Assembly: GCF_964213995.1 (NCBI RefSeq)
Contig: NW_027590189.1
Location: 434,001 to 498,000 of the forward strand
Length of the DNA stretch: 64,000 nt
Direction of reading: 5' to 3'
Source: Mustelus asterias
Taxonomy: Eukaryota
Below are positions 62,143 to 64,000 of this stretch, piece after piece (the stretch's first letter is position 1; the number at the start of each line of letters is the position of its first letter). A model generated the notes under the pieces. That model did no database searches and was not told the origin of the DNA. It worked only from the letters and a program-made list of their open reading frames with translations. The translations under genes were made by a program, and so were the position numbers.

Positions 62143-63358
62143 ATGTGAAAGAATTTATGGGCTCCCGTTTTCATTCTTGTTCTGAAGCTAGGTGAGTTCT
62201 TTAGCTTTCATTCGAACGAAGTTTTGTCACATAACTATTGAAGGAGGGACGGATGTGTGAACAAGGGGTGAACTATGGGGCCTTTAAGGGGATAATAGAG
62301 GATGGATGGATGAACAGACGGACAGTAGGATGGATGGAGGAATGGACGGATGCGAGTTTTGAGTGACCATTCACTTTGATTGGAGTGAAGTTTACAATAG
62401 TTTGCTGCAGTTAAAACTTAGGTAATTGGAGGGAAAGAATATTGGATGAATGTATGGAAAATGCTGAAGGTGTTGGTTCAAATTGCACTTTAAAAACCAA
62501 ATAGAATTCTTGCCTCTATTGATAATGTGCAAATACAAAACAAAAGATTTATTCACAGATAATCAGGCTTCGGTTGAAGTATGACAACCACGAGAGAAAG
62601 AGAGTTAATGTTTCGAGTCCATATGATTCTTCCACAGAATCTGAACAAAAGTCATATGGACTCCAGATGTTAACTCTGCATTTGTCTTCACAGATGCTGC
62701 CAGACCTGCTGAGTTTATGCAGCAGATTCTGTTTCTATATGCTGATTGAAATGTTAGTTAAAGTAAACTTCCTCTTAACAGTTAAGAAACTGCATGAATT
62801 TTTGAAGGTAGGAGATTTTCAGTGCAATGCGGAAAGAACAGACTGCAGGGTAAAATAGTAACTCCATCGTCTGCCAATGCGGGTAATATATACTGAATAT
62901 TCTCGTTATTTGCTTTAATACTTAATGATTCTATGTCGAGGAGAATGAATGAATGTTGACTGAGGTTCCCCATATTTAAACGTATATCTATTTTCTGGTT
63001 ACCATTTGAAGGACTGTGTTATTCTGATACTGTAAAGCAAACTGCACCGTCAGTATCATGTTTAGAACAAGAACGCATGGTGTTGCCCTGTTCATTCTCC
63101 ACAGACAGCCGCCGCGATGATCTGCTCTGGTACCGACAAAATCCGAGGGAGGAGTCGGTATTTTTAATCAAAAGGAATTCGGAGGGAAATACAAAGAAAG
63201 CTGAGCGTGTGGGAGGCCGATTCTGGTCAATACTCTGAGTATCAGATCGTTTCTTCAGTTTCACCCTGGCAGATGTACAGCTGAGTGACAGTGAGGTGTA
63301 TTACTGTGCGCTGATCATTCACAGTGATACAAACTGATACAAGACCCTTACGGAAACT
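62143..63358 (+). pseudogene. TCR alpha/delta V pseudogene (leader 62143-62191, V exon 63012-63319, 23-RSS 63320-63358)
   Basis: Leader M*KNLWAPVFILVLKL-G|gtgagt. V: DTVKQT..LPCSFS..LLWYRQ..in-frame TGA at 63236..LADVQLSDSEVYYCALII. RSS cacagtg + 23 + acggaaact. Confidence 0.85.
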
Positions 63359-64000
63359 ACCACTGGACTGCAACATCAGCCGAGTGATAGGAGTTCACTT
63401 TGTGAACTCTGAACCTTCACCTCTGGCAGCTGCAGAATCAGACCGAGACCGTTTATTGCTGTGTGAATGTAGTCGGAAGTAGAGATGATCGATGTGAAAA
63501 GGCATTCTGAATGACTGAGTTCCTGACAAAATAGGGTGAGAGAAAAGCAAGGAAAAATAAACAGGAAGATAGAACGGCAGCGAAAAAAGGGAGCAAAAGG
63601 CCGTGAGACACAAAGAGGTAGCGCGCTGGACGTCAAGGTGGACGCAGAGAGTTAAAGAAAGACTCTCTGAGAGTTAGAATCAGAAAAATAGAAAAGAAGA
63701 AAGTAAGAGAAGAATATAGAGAAGGGGGAGAGGGAAAATAGGGAGATAATAAGAGAGAGAACGAGACAGGGCCTGAGACAAAGGCAGAGAAACAAAATTG
63801 CACTTTAACCTCATCTTATTCGATTTCTAATGTGTGATTATATTTTATCAGTGGCCCCACTAAATATAATCACACATGAGTGGAATAAGATCAGTGGCCC
63901 CAGGAAATGAATCACATCCCTCAGTAAAGATAGTTAGCTTGCTGGTTTGAGTGTACTCACTGAATGACTGATCCCACCAGGAAATATTTAATCCTGTCGG

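Noticed and set aside
28900-64000. TCR D, conventional J or constant-region exons
   Set aside because: No FGxG J segments with 12-RSS and no C1-set exons recognised; they lie outside this window.

Overview
Eukaryotic, repeat-rich DNA from a cartilaginous fish (shark-type SINEs, CR1 LINEs, Penelope-like fold-backs; species cannot be determined from sequence alone). The right half (~28.9-63.4 kb) is part of the V-segment array of the T-cell receptor alpha/delta locus. It holds three apparently intact Valpha/delta segments with 23-RSS (one with an intronless leader), two V pseudogenes, and two NAR-TCR cassettes (IgNAR-like V, J, and a leaderless supporting Vdelta with a CDR1 Cys). The cassettes form a convergent inverted duplication: the minus-strand copy looks intact and the plus-strand copy is decayed. 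Two points stand out. First, the NAR-like V carries a 12-RSS after a long germline CDR3 extension and its J carries a 23-RSS, with no free D visible, which suggests direct V-J joining or a germline-fused VD. Second, each supporting Vdelta is followed by a 61-bp-period tandem array of 23-RSSs (3 copies on +, 2 on -) that meet at the inversion axis. Two two-exon GPR139-like class A GPCR genes lie in or next to the V array. The left half is mostly repeats: a Gypsy LTR element with a putative self-priming PBS and a YLDN RT motif nested in a CR1, a CR1 with intact ORF2 nested in a SINE, a Tx1/L1 3' fragment with an 18-bp TSD in a CT-rich minisatellite, and several minisatellites. All coordinates, alignments and counts were done by eye; no database search was run.
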